A DNA stretch of 64,000 bases. It comes from Lepidodermella squamata. Taxonomy: Eukaryota; Animalia; Gastrotricha. This document shows, in pieces, positions 12,001 to 23,439 of the stretch. A program made the position numbers and the translations under genes. How positions within the stretch are numbered: position 1 is the first letter of the stretch; every line of letters begins with the position of its first letter. The stretch lies in assembly GCA_047495785.1 (NCBI GenBank), contig JBLDXI010000001.1, positions 992,001 to 1,056,000 of the forward strand, given 5' to 3'. The notes beneath the pieces were generated by a model. That model did no database searches. It was not told the DNA's origin and saw only the letters and a list, made by a program, of their open reading frames with translations.

Positions 12001-15000
12001 TTGACCAAAAACAGCGTTCAACTGTCGTGGACTAAGCCTGTTAACGAGGGCAATAGCCGCGTTGTTGAGTATGTTGTCGAGGCTCAGAACGAAGGCGCCG
12101 GCCCTGACGACTGGGCTGAGGTAGCGAAGGTCCCGGCTCGTGAGACAACTGCCTTGGTTAAGAATCTTAAGGAGGGCGAGAAGAAGAAGTTCCGAATCCG
12201 GGCGGTGAACGCCGGTGGCCCGGGTGAGCCCAGCCGCCCGACTGCTGTTCTCACGATCGCTGACCAGCCTGAGAAACCATCATTCGGCGTCGGCCAGTTG
12301 GGTCCGATAACCGTTAAGGCCGGTCAACCTCTCACCCTTACCGTTCCATTTGTCGGTCATCCATTGCCCACCGCTGTGTGGAAAATCGATGGCAAGGAAG
12401 TTAAGGCGGATAACAGGATAGTTCAGAAGGTCGAGCCGGGTGTGGTTACCTTCCACGTCCCGAAGGCTTCTCGCGCCGAAAATGGAGAATACAATTTGAC
12501 CCTGACGAATTCGGAGGGAACCGGGTCGATTTCCGGCCAGGTCACTGTACTAGCCCCGCCGAGCAAACCAACCGGTCCGATCGAGGTCGAAAGCAACGAC
12601 GGCGAGACGATGCAGATTTCGTGGAAGCCGCCGGCTGATGACGGCGGTGAGCCAATCACCCATTACCAGGTTGAAAAGCGCGTGGCTGGCACCCAGAAAT
12701 GGACCAAAGTCGCCGGAACTTCGAGCCGGCCGACTGCGAACGTGAAGAACCTGGAGGCTGGGCAGAAGTACGAATTCCGCGTTGTCGCGTGTAACGACAT
12801 TGGCGAGTCGGAGCCGTTAGAGACATCTCAGGCCATCCTGTCCAAGGCTCCGTTCGACCCGCCTGGTCAGACTGGTACGCCCGAGTGTGAGACGACTACC
12901 CCGGATTCTATCACCATCAAATGGGACCCGCCGCGGAAGGACGGTGGCGCCCCTATTCGCGGGTACATTGTCGAAAAGCGTCCGAAGGGTGAGAAGAAGT
13001 GGACCAAGGTCTGCGAGGCTGCTGATAACCACACGACCGTTCGTGGGCTGTCGGAAGGTCGCGAGTACGAGTTCCGGGTGACTGCCGTTAATACGGCTGG
13101 ACTGGCGGGCGAGCCGAGCGACGCTTCGGCAGCTATCAAGGCCGAACCGCCACCCACAGCGCCCCGGGTTCAAACCGCCAGCATCCCGCGCGAGATCCGC
13201 GTCAAAGCCGGCGAGTCGTTCAAGGTCCAGGTGCCGTACAGCGGTTACCCGCCGCCAACTGCGAAATGGTCGCACGAAAACGCCCCGTTGACCCTGGGCG
13301 ATCGGCGGTCGTGTGAGGTCGCGCCGGGCATGGTCACCCTGACCAACTCGTGCGCGCAACGAGGCGATACCGGTAAGTACAGCGTCGTCATTCAAAACCC
13401 GAGCGGACAAGACCAGGTCAGCGTGAATGTCGTCGTCCTTGACGTACCCGGCTCGCCTGAGAATCTCGAGGTTAAAGAAGTCACGGACACTACTGTCAGC
13501 CTGGTCTGGCACGAGCCGAAAGATAACGGCGGTTGCCCGGTTACTAACTACGTTGTCGAAAAGTGCGACGTCAAGCTCTCGGCTGGTACTGATCGCCAGG
13601 TCTGGGAGAAGGTGACGCGATTCTGCCGCACGACTAACCTGCTGGTCGAAGGCCTGAACGAGGGCCATGACTACCTGTTCCGCGTCTCGGCCGAAAACGA
13701 AGTCGGAGTTGGACAGCCAGTCACTCTGCCACGCGCTATCAAGACAATCAAGGTATGAAAAATTGAAAAAAATATTTAGAAAATAAATTTTTGCTGTATT
13801 TTAATTTGTAGAAACAAGCAGTTAGTTTTCATTTTTGGCTTAAAATTTCAGTTATTTTTCTGGAATGGTTATTTCTATTTTTTTGTTTTCACAAGCTCTT
13901 CTCTATTCTATTTTCAATTTATCTAATTTCAATTTAATTTAATTTAATTTTTTAATTTAATTTAATTTTTAATTTTTATTATTTTTATTGATTTTTTATT
14001 GATTTTTTGTGATTTTTAATTTTTTTAGGCAATTCACCCGCCTGGTGCGCCGAGTGGTCTTGTTGTTTACGATATCGACAAAGATTCGGCGACGCTGCGT
14101 TGGGACCGCCCGATTAATGACGGCGGCGATAAGAACTTGTCGTATGACGTTGAAATTCTGGACAAACGCACGGGTGAATGGAAGCCGCTGAATAGCAGTC
14201 CAATCCGAGGCAACGAATTCACGGCAAATCGCCTGCCCGAAAACGGCGACGTCGAATTCCGCGTTCGCGCTCGCAACGAATCTGGCCTAGGCAAGCCTAG
14301 TGAAACCTCAGGGACGGTCCGCCTTAAGTCCAAGTACGGCAAGGCCTCGCCGCCTGGTTGCCCTGAGCTTAACAAGCGTGAGACCTTCCCCAAATTGGAA
14401 TGGTCCCGCCCGCTCTCGGACGGTGGCTCGAAAATCACCGGCTACGTCGTCGAGTTCAAATCGCCGGCTGATCCGTCGTGGATGCCGCTAACCCCGTCGC
14501 CAGTTCCGAATCCGAACATGGTCCTGACCCCGGATTTGGTTCGCCAAATCGCGCTGAGTGGCTCCCCGACTACCCAGTTCAGGGTTGCGGCTGTCACTCA
14601 AAACGGCGGCATCGGCGAATTCAGCCTGCCGACCTCGTCATTCAACGTCAAAGACCTGATGGTATCGGCGCCGTCGATCGAAGAAGGCCTCGCTGATACG
14701 ACGGGCAAGTACGGCTCGGACGTTCGTTTCTCGTGCAAGGTCGCCGGCTCTGGCCCGATGACGGTCAAATGGTTCATGGGCGACTCGGAGGTCGTTCCGG
14801 GCGGGCGATTCCGCGTCTACCGCAACGACGTCGATGGCCAGTTCACGCTGGCTGTCAGCGGCCTCGAAGAAGGCGACGCCGGGCTGATCCGTCTCCAGGT
14901 TACCAACAACCTCGGCTCGGACTCGACCTCGGCTATGCTGAAGATCAACCGCGCGCCTCATTTCGATCAAACCATGGCGGAGACGAGTGTTGTCGACGGC

Positions 15001-18000
15001 GAGACGGCTAAATTCAAGGTCCCGTTCGTCGGCACCGAACCGGTCAAGTTCGTCCTGAAGCGCAACGGAAAGCCGATTGAAAGCGACAGATTCCGCATTA
15101 CTTACCTCGAAAAGTTTGCAATGGTCACCTTAAAGTAAGCAAAAACTTATTTTATTATTATTTTTATTTTATTAATAATTAATTAATTAATAATAATTAA
15201 TTTTATTTTATTACTGATTTTTTTTATTTTTTCGAATTTTTAATGGAATTTTTTGATTAATTTTAGGGACTGCAACGCGGATGACAGCGGTCAGTACACC
15301 CTGGAGGCGGAGAATCCGGCCGGTCTTGATTCGATGACCCTCAGGGTGACCGTGCAAGGCCCGCCTGCCGCGCCCACCGGTCCGCTCAAGATTTCAGATA
15401 TTTCGAAGAACAACTGCACCGTGTCTTGGCGCGCACCAACCAGCGACGGTGGTGCTAAAATCACGCATTATATTGTCGAAAAACGCGATGTTTCAAAGCC
15501 GTACTGGACCACGGTGTCTAGTAACGTGCGCGATCTTAGCACTATCGCGCAGGGTTTGACTGAGAATACGCAGTACGTGTTCCGCGTCGCGGCTGTCAAC
15601 TCGATCGGGCAAAGTCAGTGGCTGGAGCTGTCGACCCCGATCACAGCCCGTCTGCCCTTCGACCCGCCTGGCCCGGTTCAGTCCATCTCTGTCACGTCGG
15701 TCGGCAATGATTTCGTCAATCTGGCGTGGGAGAAGCCGCTGTCGGACGGAGGCGGCCGCTTGTTAGGCTACGCTATCGAGCGCCGTGAGGTCGACTCGAA
15801 GGGCTGGATCCGCCTCACCCCGCCCGACCGCCTCTGCATCGCCCCGATGTTTAACATCGCGAATCTTATCGAAGACCACACGTACGAATTTCGGGTTTTC
15901 GCGGTGAATGAAGCCGGCGAGAGCCAGCCGCTTGAAACCGCGAGGCCGGTACTGGTCCGCGACCCGAACGCCGCGTCCGTGCCAGTTTTCACCATCCCGC
16001 TGCAGAAGATAACGGCGAAAGAGGGCGGCCGGGCTGAGTTCCACTGCAAGATCGATTGCCACCAGCGGCCTGACGTCACGTGGTTCAAGGGCTCGCGCGA
16101 ACTCACGTCGTCGACCGCCAAGTTCGACATGACGTCGGACAGCGACGGCAACTACCGCCTGTCGATCCGCGACTGCCAGCTGGACGACGAAGATGAATTC
16201 AGCATTCGCGCCCGAACCGCGGCCGGGTCGCGCCAGTCCCGCGCTGACCTCATCATCCACGCAGCGCCTAAAATCCGCCTGCCTAGCAACTTCGCGACAA
16301 CTATTACGCTTTCAGTGGGCGAAGAGCTGGACCTGCGCATCCCGTTCACGGCGAACCCGCGCCCGACTGTCCGATGGACGGTCAACGGCAAGGAGCTTAG
16401 CGGGTCTGACCGCGTCGTGCACGCCCTGGCGGCTCGTCACGCTCTGCTCACCGTTCGCCGGTTAGTTCGCAACGATTCCGGAACTTACAAAATCACGGTA
16501 GCTAACGACATGGGTGAAGACCATTTAGTGCTGAACTTGAACGTTATCGACAAACCATCGCCGCCGACTGGCTTGAACGTCAGCTCGATCACGGACGAAG
16601 CTGTTGTCCTGACGTGGTCGCCGCCGACCAATGACGGAGGCAGTCCGATTACCAGTTATATCGTCGAAAAGCGGGAAGAGGGCATGGACTCGTGGATTCG
16701 TTGCGCCCTATCGCGAGCCACTACTGTCAGCCTGGGTTCGCTTCTGGAGCAAAAGTCGTACCAGTTCCGCGTTATTGCTGAGAATGCCTGCGCTCGCTCT
16801 GAACCGTGTGAAGCCACGCGTGGCGTGATGGTCGAACCATCGAAGCCTCGCAAACGCTTCGGCGGAGAAGGTTCGTATTTTTTCCTAAATTTGTTTAGCT
16901 AGAAAAAAGCGGAAATTTACTAAACTCGAAAATGTATTCAATTAACAGAAGAATGGAAGCTGAGTGAGTTTGCGGTTTTAAGAAAAATCTTTCAAAATTA
17001 TCGTACTGGTTTTTCACTTGTCTTCGTATTAATAGTTTCGCTATAATTTATGTTCCGGTTTTGCTTTAAATGTTTTGAGTTGTTCAAATCGTGGCTTCTC
17101 TCCGAATGTTTTTTATTCGTTTAAAAAAATATTAATCGATTTTTTACTATATTTTCAGAAATGAATGAAGACTTCTGGCAGCGAAATCGCACCAAGAAAC
17201 AGGAACAGGTCAGCGACTACGACCAGTTCGTGCAGGACCTGCATGCCAAGCATAAAGTCCCCACGGCGTCGATTCACTCATCGAAGAGCATCTACGACTC
17301 GTATGACATCCTCGAAGAACTCGGCCGTGGCGCATTCGGCGTTGTTTACCGGTGCCGCGAACGCGCTACCGGCGACATCTACGCCGTCAAATTCTTGCAC
17401 TGCCCGGCGGCTGAAGACAGGGCAACAGTGCGCAATGAGATCAATATTATGAATCACCTGATCCACTCGCGGCTGTTGTACTGCCACGAAGTCTTTGAAG
17501 CTCACGACGAAATGGCCGTTGTCCTCGAATTGTAAGCTCTCAATTTAAAAATAATTTAATTTGAAATTTGAAATTATTAAAAATTATTATTAAAATTTTC
17601 GAATTTTTTGAATTTTTGGAATTTAAAATTTTCCTGTTTTTTCCAGCTTATCTGGTGGCGAATTGCTCGAGAAAATCTCTTCGCAGTCACGCTTGACCGA
17701 GGAAGAGATCATCGAGTATATGCGACAGATTTGCCAAGGCGTCAAATACATGCACGAACAAGGGTGAGTTATTCTATTTAGTTGATAGATTTTTTTCTCG
17801 CCAGCTGCGGGACCAACAACACCCTAGCCGCTTGGTTTTGAGAACACAATAGTTGATTATTTTGATTAAAATTGGTATTTGGTATTTTATACATATCCAT
17901 CGCCAATACGTGCAGCATTGTCCACCTCGATATTAAACCCGAAAACGTGCTTTTTGAGACTAAAAATGGCCACGGCGTGAAAATTGTCGATTTCGGCCTG

Positions 18001-20113
18001 GCAACTAAGCTGCACCCAGATGAACCAGTTAAAGTCTCGCTAGCTACGCTCGACTTTGCCGCTCCCGAAGTTGTTCAGTACGACCCGGTTGGCTTTTATA
18101 CTGACATGTGGAGCATTGGTGTTCTCGCTTACGTCCTGTAAGTCAAAAGATATCACCGCTTTTTAATCAAACCTCTTACTAACGCCTGGTTTTTTCCTAT
18201 TTTTTTCCATCCTCTTGAAATTATCATATTTCAAATGGATTTATAGGCTGAGCGGAATTTCGCCTTTCGCCGGTTCGTCCGAGTCGGAAACGTCGCAGAA
18301 CATCTCGCGCGGCCGCTGGACGTTCAACGAAACGTCGTTCGCGAACATTTCGAAGGAAGGCCGCGATTTCATCACGCGCCTGCTCATCGTAGATGGCTCG
18401 CGCCGCATGACGATATTCGAGGCGCTCGAGCACCCGTGGCTGGCGGGCGGCGTTCGCGGCGCATCCGCCGTCAACACCGACCACCACCGCGACCTGCTGA
18501 AGCGGCTGCGCGATAAGCGCGCCGATTTCGAACGCTCCATCCTCGCGCTGGGCCGCCTCGCCAACTCGGGCTACAGCTCGCTGCGGCGCAACCGCCTTAA
18601 AGAGTTCAACCTCTACGAGTCGCGGTTCGACCGGCGCGAAATGGCGCCGCGTTTCGTCCGAAAGCCGCTGCCGGTCGTCGTGCAGGAGGGCCACGTCGCC
18701 GTTATCACGTGCGTGGTCTACGCGCTCTCGCCGCCGATTATCACGTGGTACGCGGGTGGCACTACCGCCCTTATCCAGAGCGTGAAACACATGCAGCTGT
18801 CGAGCGGGGAGACGTACACTTTGAAGGTGTCTCGTTGCGAGATGAACGATGCCGGCGAGTACTTGGTGCGCGCGGAGAATTCGTTCGGCAGCCGGGAGGC
18901 TAGTACAACGCTGACCGTGATTGCGAACCGCGTCGACGACCGGCCGAAGCGCGAGTCGATTTCTCGCATGAAGCGCCAGCCGTTCCAGCTGGAACCGCTC
19001 GAGCCGGAAGAGCAAGACTCGCGGCCGATCGTCACGTTCCACCTGCGCGACCGTCTCATCCAACAGGGCGACTACTGCAAGCTGTTGTGCTGCATCGCCG
19101 GACAGCCGAAGCCGCAGATTTTCTGGCAAAAAGACAACCAGCCGTTGGATTCGAAGCACGGCGCGCAGGGCTGGAGCAACGGCGTTGCCTCCTTCGAATT
19201 TGTGTCGTGCAAAACCGAGGACAGCGGCCGGTACACGTGTCGGGCGGTCAACTCGCTCGGTGAGACCGAGACGAGCTGCCTCGTCCGCGTAGAAGGTAAG
19301 CCCGCTTCAGTAACATCACCGGCTAATAATAATGCTAGGACGGCTGGGAGTAACACCAACGACCTGGCCCAGACGTACTACCAAAGTCAATACTTAGCTA
19401 ACCAACAACGGCCGTGGCGCAACAGCGCCCGAAACATACACACTTACACGACCATGTTCGATAAACGTCTAACTTATTGGCAGTCCACATATGGCAAGAA
19501 ATAGCCGTGTTATCCAGAGCACTGCTAATTAATTAATACTATTAATTCATTATATTATCGCTCAAAAACTCGGTTTTTTCGAGTTCAAAATTCGTAAAAA
19601 TAATAATATAATGAATTAATTTATTAATTATTGAAAGGGTGTCAACAACAGTGTTCTCCTCATCTGTCCTAGCTTTACTAGAGGGCGGAAATGCACAAGA
19701 AACAATTGCACAATTTTATATAATAATAATTTGCTTCCCGCATTTTAACAGCTCACCCAGGCGGTCTTAGAAGGCCGTCTATCACCAGCTCGGCCAGCTT
19801 GGTGCGCCGAGTTGATATGCGCGAGCGCTCGTGCGAGCCCTCGATGCTGATTTCTCGAAGCGACCGCCACGTCACGCCGACGTTTTCTTACACCTCTTCG
19901 GCGTCGACTTACTCGCCGCGCTCGCGCGTCCCCTCGCCGGCGCCCATCGTCATCGCCGGCGCCTATATCCACCACCCTTCGCTGTCGCACGCCGGCTCAT
20001 GGTCGTCGCTAACTTCTGCTAACTACAGCTCCTCGAACTCGACCTCGAACTCGATGTCATCGTCCACTTATCGGCAAAGCCACTTCACATCGGGCTCCAA
20101 TTTCAACATCTAA
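3..20113 (+). CDS. unc-22: Twitchin/projectin-type giant Ig/Fn3 muscle protein kinase (5'-partial, multi-exon)
   Basis: Frame-consistent GT-AG exons read by eye: 3-170, 456-999, [1077-1136], 1309-1581, [1693-1707], 2032-9459, 9654-9956, 10008-11047, 11218-13752, 14029-15134, 15267-16870, [16949-16963], 17159-17531, 17647-17763, 17916-18137, 18247-19295, 19752-20113 (or read-through to stop 19504). Encodes I-set Ig and Fn3 repeats (DGG.PI.GY.VE, YEFRV.A.N), an MLCK-family kinase (ELGRGAFG, YAVK, HLDIKPEN, DFG, APE) with regulatory tail, and two post-kinase Ig domains. Confidence 0.95.
1604..1964 (+). promoter_or_regulatory. Cluster of Rbfox-type (T)GCATG splicing elements
   Basis: TGCATG at 1604, 1655, 1959 and GCATG at 1621 and 1767, in the intron(s) flanking the 15-nt micro-exon and preceding the giant exon. 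Confidence 0.55.
5980..6870 (+). repeat. Degenerate coding tandem repeat (~4 units, ~85-95 aa)
   Basis: Recurring SS[VI]S.[TK]V..SEEKS.AS.AK.S..VS / AKGSD..APS motifs; DNA AAGCTCG..(T/A)TCG...CTGAGGA[AG]AAATCG recurs near 5987, 6239, 6507, 6791. Confidence 0.8.
8140..8620 (+). repeat. Degenerate coding tandem repeat (~4 units)
   Basis: Recurring SPP.PE..EER[RK].LSPT..KSE.TKSQ.QAGTL motifs; CAGGCTGGAACCTTG occurs three times. Confidence 0.8.
19516..19657. repeat. Inverted repeat / predicted hairpin
   Basis: ATTAATTCATTATATTAT (19541-19558) is the exact reverse complement of 19603-19620; TAATTAATA (19530-19538) pairs with 19622-19630; AGAGCACTG (19516-19524) pairs with CAGTGTTCT (19649-19657) with one G-U pair. 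Confidence 0.8.
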
Positions 20114-21339
20114 ACGAGCCGTCTACAACCTGAAAAAAACGCTAGCAATTTAATCTTTACGAATAAAAAATTGTTTTGTTTTAGCCTGAATTTTTCACTT
20201 TTATCGCGCACTGATGATTGATACCCGGAAGGTGCATCGTATTTGGTGTGCTTCTCTTTCAAAAAATGACTATCTTAAATAATTATAACCTTGGAAAAGT
20301 ATTACTATTTATGGCATTTTCGATGTTGCGCGAAGAAGATATCAAACATGCCCTGCGATTATTTTTGCTTTGAAAATACTCCTTGTTACTCATTGTGTTG
20401 ACCTATTATCTGTCTCCTTCGTTTAAATACTTCATCGATTACCTCGAATTTTCTTCTCGTGTCATTTTTCGTTAACAATATCTATTATCGACGGTGAAAT
20501 ATTTTGTTTGTCAACAGCTCCGCTTTGAAACTGTATAAAAGCTTCAGCACCATGAAGAATGAAAGATGAAGCTAGGAAATTTGCATGATTTACGTTTGTT
20601 CTTGCAAATGTTATCGAGAGAGAGAGAGCAACCTACATGTGACTTTTGCTCCACTTGACGAAGTTCAGATGTGTATCCACGTGACCCTTGGTTTTACTCA
20701 ATTTTATCAACGAACGATCCTCGGAAGTATGGACTTACTTCGAACCCCCATGTTACCCCTCGATTTATTTGTACTTATTTGTCATGGATGATAACTGTAT
20801 ATCACGCGTATTATTGTGTTTTGAAGTTATCATTTGAATTATCTTATTAATTCTGATGGTATTACTGGGTACATAAATAAGGCGCTGTTTAACTCTCAAT
20901 GCCTACTAATGATGATAATATCATATGAACTGTTATATTAATATATGTGAGTGAGCTGTGGTTGAGCAAGCGTCATTAAACCAACTCTATTGAAAGAAAA
21001 CAAAAACAAAAAGGCGACAGTAAAATCCTTTGCAACCTTGGTTTTTGCCGCGTTTTTTTCTGATAAGAATCATATTTTCATTTTAAACCATTTTATTTAC
21101 AATAATCAAACCATGATAACAGTCATTAACTCTAATTCTGGCGCTGGTTTAAAACTTTGCTAAAGCAGAATCATAACAAAAGTTAAAAATACAATCACAA
21201 TTACATGAATTTCATCCTGGATTAATGGAGACTCCGTGTTACATTGTTTCGTAATGAATAGCAATAGCAAAGCACGTAGAAGTTATGAAACTGTGTATCA
21301 AAGTTACGAGATATTCAGCTTGCGCAAACATCAACTCGA

Positions 21340-22400
21340 TTACTGGGTTTGCTGAGCTTTCAAAATATCCAAGACGGCAAATAGATCACCCTTCTTCAAA
21401 CGAACCAAGTTGTTCAGGCTCCCATTGTCATCTTGGAAGCCCATGGCTCGAAGGTGCTCCAAAGTTTCAGTAATGCGTCGCTCAAGTGCAGCAGTAGCGG
21501 CAGCTGATGAGGCATTTTCGTTCGAAGCACTGGCCCCGCGGTAAGGGCATCCGCTACCAGCAGGGCGGCCATGGGGTGGCTGAACAAAATAATTCGCATC
21601 GATACCTATTCAATAAGGATAAAATAAGAAACTATGACAATAATTACTTTAAAAATCAATTACCTAATCCGCCGAGAATTTGGGACATTTGCTGGCCAAG
21701 AGCGTTCAAATCCATGAAGTCTTGAGGATTTGGCATAGCACCCATTGCGGCATGACAATATTGCTTGCCTTGTGCCTGAGCATCCTCGGCATTTCGGAGC
21801 ACACGCGACATGAAAACCAGAGGAGCAACCCATGGCATGTTGGGCTTTGGAATCCTCAGCATCAAGTGATCCTTATGATTGTCTCGCCCGTAACACGATT
21901 CGCACAAATCGTAGTCAGCACAGTTGAGGCATTTGAAACGAATGCCACGCAGAGGAGTATTGCAACCGTCGCAAGTTACACCCCTGTGAAGATCTGGGTC
22001 TACAGGTTCAGGTTCTGGCTGAGGCTGGCTCGGAGAAGGAATAGATCCTTCCATCGGCTCGGCGTGGTAGCCAGGAGGTCGCACAGTGATACGCTTGACG
22101 TGCAGTTTCAAGACATCATTAGTGTTTCTCCACATAGTCAATAGATCCTCATCATTAGCAATGGTGATCTCATCGCCATCAGCATCTATAAATCACAATT
22201 TGTATGGATATTATAGCTAACAAAGAATGAAAATTACCTTTCCACGAAATAGCAAATGACCCCGGTTGAAGCTCGTAAATAAAACGAACTTTTTCCAAAA
22301 GGTTTGTGTATGTAGTCTCCTCGGTTCTCAATGTGAACCTTCGAATGTCGGTCTGACCGCTTGCTCCTTGCAAGAATGTTTTAACGTTGAGTTCAGGCAT
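21340..22400 (-). CDS. SQSTM1: Sequestosome-1/p62 (Ref(2)P)-like autophagy receptor, 316 aa
   Basis: Exons 22400-22238, 22185-21664, 21605-21340. PB1 (VK...IRRF...WKDADGDEITIANDEDL), ZZ finger (HRGVTCDGC...RFKCLNCADYDLCESC...H..H), C-terminal UBA (LRAMGFQDDNGSL...KKGDLFAVLDIL). Confidence 0.92.
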
Positions 22401-22770
22401 TTCTACAGATGAACCAATCAAAGTAACTTTATCAGTTTGAAGAAGTTTTCAGTGCTTTAAAAAGTGAAGAATGATTTTAGAAGGATGTCAGCTAGACTTA
22501 TAAAGGTTCGTAGAACATTCAAGACGAGTCTGTCATTGTTACAAGCAGCCGATGATTTTTGCCCCCCTTTCGGTATATCGCTTTAGAAATATACGTTGAT
22601 GATTCAGGATTTCGTCTCGAAAGGTTTGGCATTCGCCCAGTCAGTAAGAATGACCCGCTCAAAATCAAATTTGCATCACATTTATTTTAATTGTATCCTG
22701 AAAGTTGATTGGTCTGCTTACTTCATTATAACTGCAAGATAACTAATAATATTGTTAAATTTTGACACAT

Positions 22771-22968
22771 TTATCGTGGGCAAGTAAAGGCTTGCGACGG
22801 AATCGCTGCGGCCTGCCTTCTTTGCGGTTGCTTTGAGGCTGAGGACTTCCTTCCGCTTCTCGGGCTTTGTGCGTTTGACTTTGGGTAATAATAGGTCTTT
22901 GATCTTGAATCTTGATGAATCTTGAGTCTTCCGTTGCCCCTAGGCTCGCTTTGCCTGCCCCTAGGCAT
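22771..22968 (-). CDS. Possible small basic orphan protein (65 aa)
   Basis: ATG-initiated ORF with 15 Arg/Lys vs 2 acidic residues, GC-richer than flanks, CCAAT about 15 nt upstream; no family recognised. Confidence 0.25.
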   Translation of the reverse strand: MPRGRQSEPRGNGRLKIHQDSRSKTYYYPKSNAQSPRSGRKSSASKQPQRRQAAAIPSQAFTCPR

Positions 22969-23439
22969 TAATGTTTGATGTTTGATTGGCTATTAACATC
23001 CAATGAATTTTGGACAATGAACTTGGGAAGTTGGGAAGACGAAAAATGAACTCCTCAATTCCCAATCAATATTGTTGATCCTCCGATGCCTCAAATCATC
23101 TCAAGTATCATTTATCACTTGTGAATTAATTTTCCAACTATCGCCCACTACATTACTTTCTATTCGTTGCTATACTCATGCTATAAGTATGCTAGCTTTA
23201 TGGCACATTAATTCTTGGCTCACTGAATGCGGGCTACCAGCCGTGTTGCTGGTTGAATCTCCCCACGCGCTGTTCATCGCCGTTTATTTAGTGTCTACAT
23301 TCCTGTTTCCTCTGTGACTTCTGTCATCGGCATACTACATCGAAAGATTTTGATCAGTTATCACCAATCACCAATCATAATATTTCTTTTCGATATTCTA
23401 TATAGCTTTTAATATGACTTGAAGGATTGCTCAGGCTCA

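Noticed and set aside
11060-15260. AATT/TTAAT palindromic runs in twitchin introns
   Set aside because: Low-complexity AT sequence; self-complementarity is expected by chance.
3199-19359. Many long antisense or alternate-frame ORFs over twitchin (e.g. 12817-13668, 18224-19159)
   Set aside because: Shadow ORFs expected from GC-rich codon usage; no recognisable motifs.
21680-22144. 154-aa plus-strand ORF opposite p62
   Set aside because: Antisense shadow of the ZZ exon.
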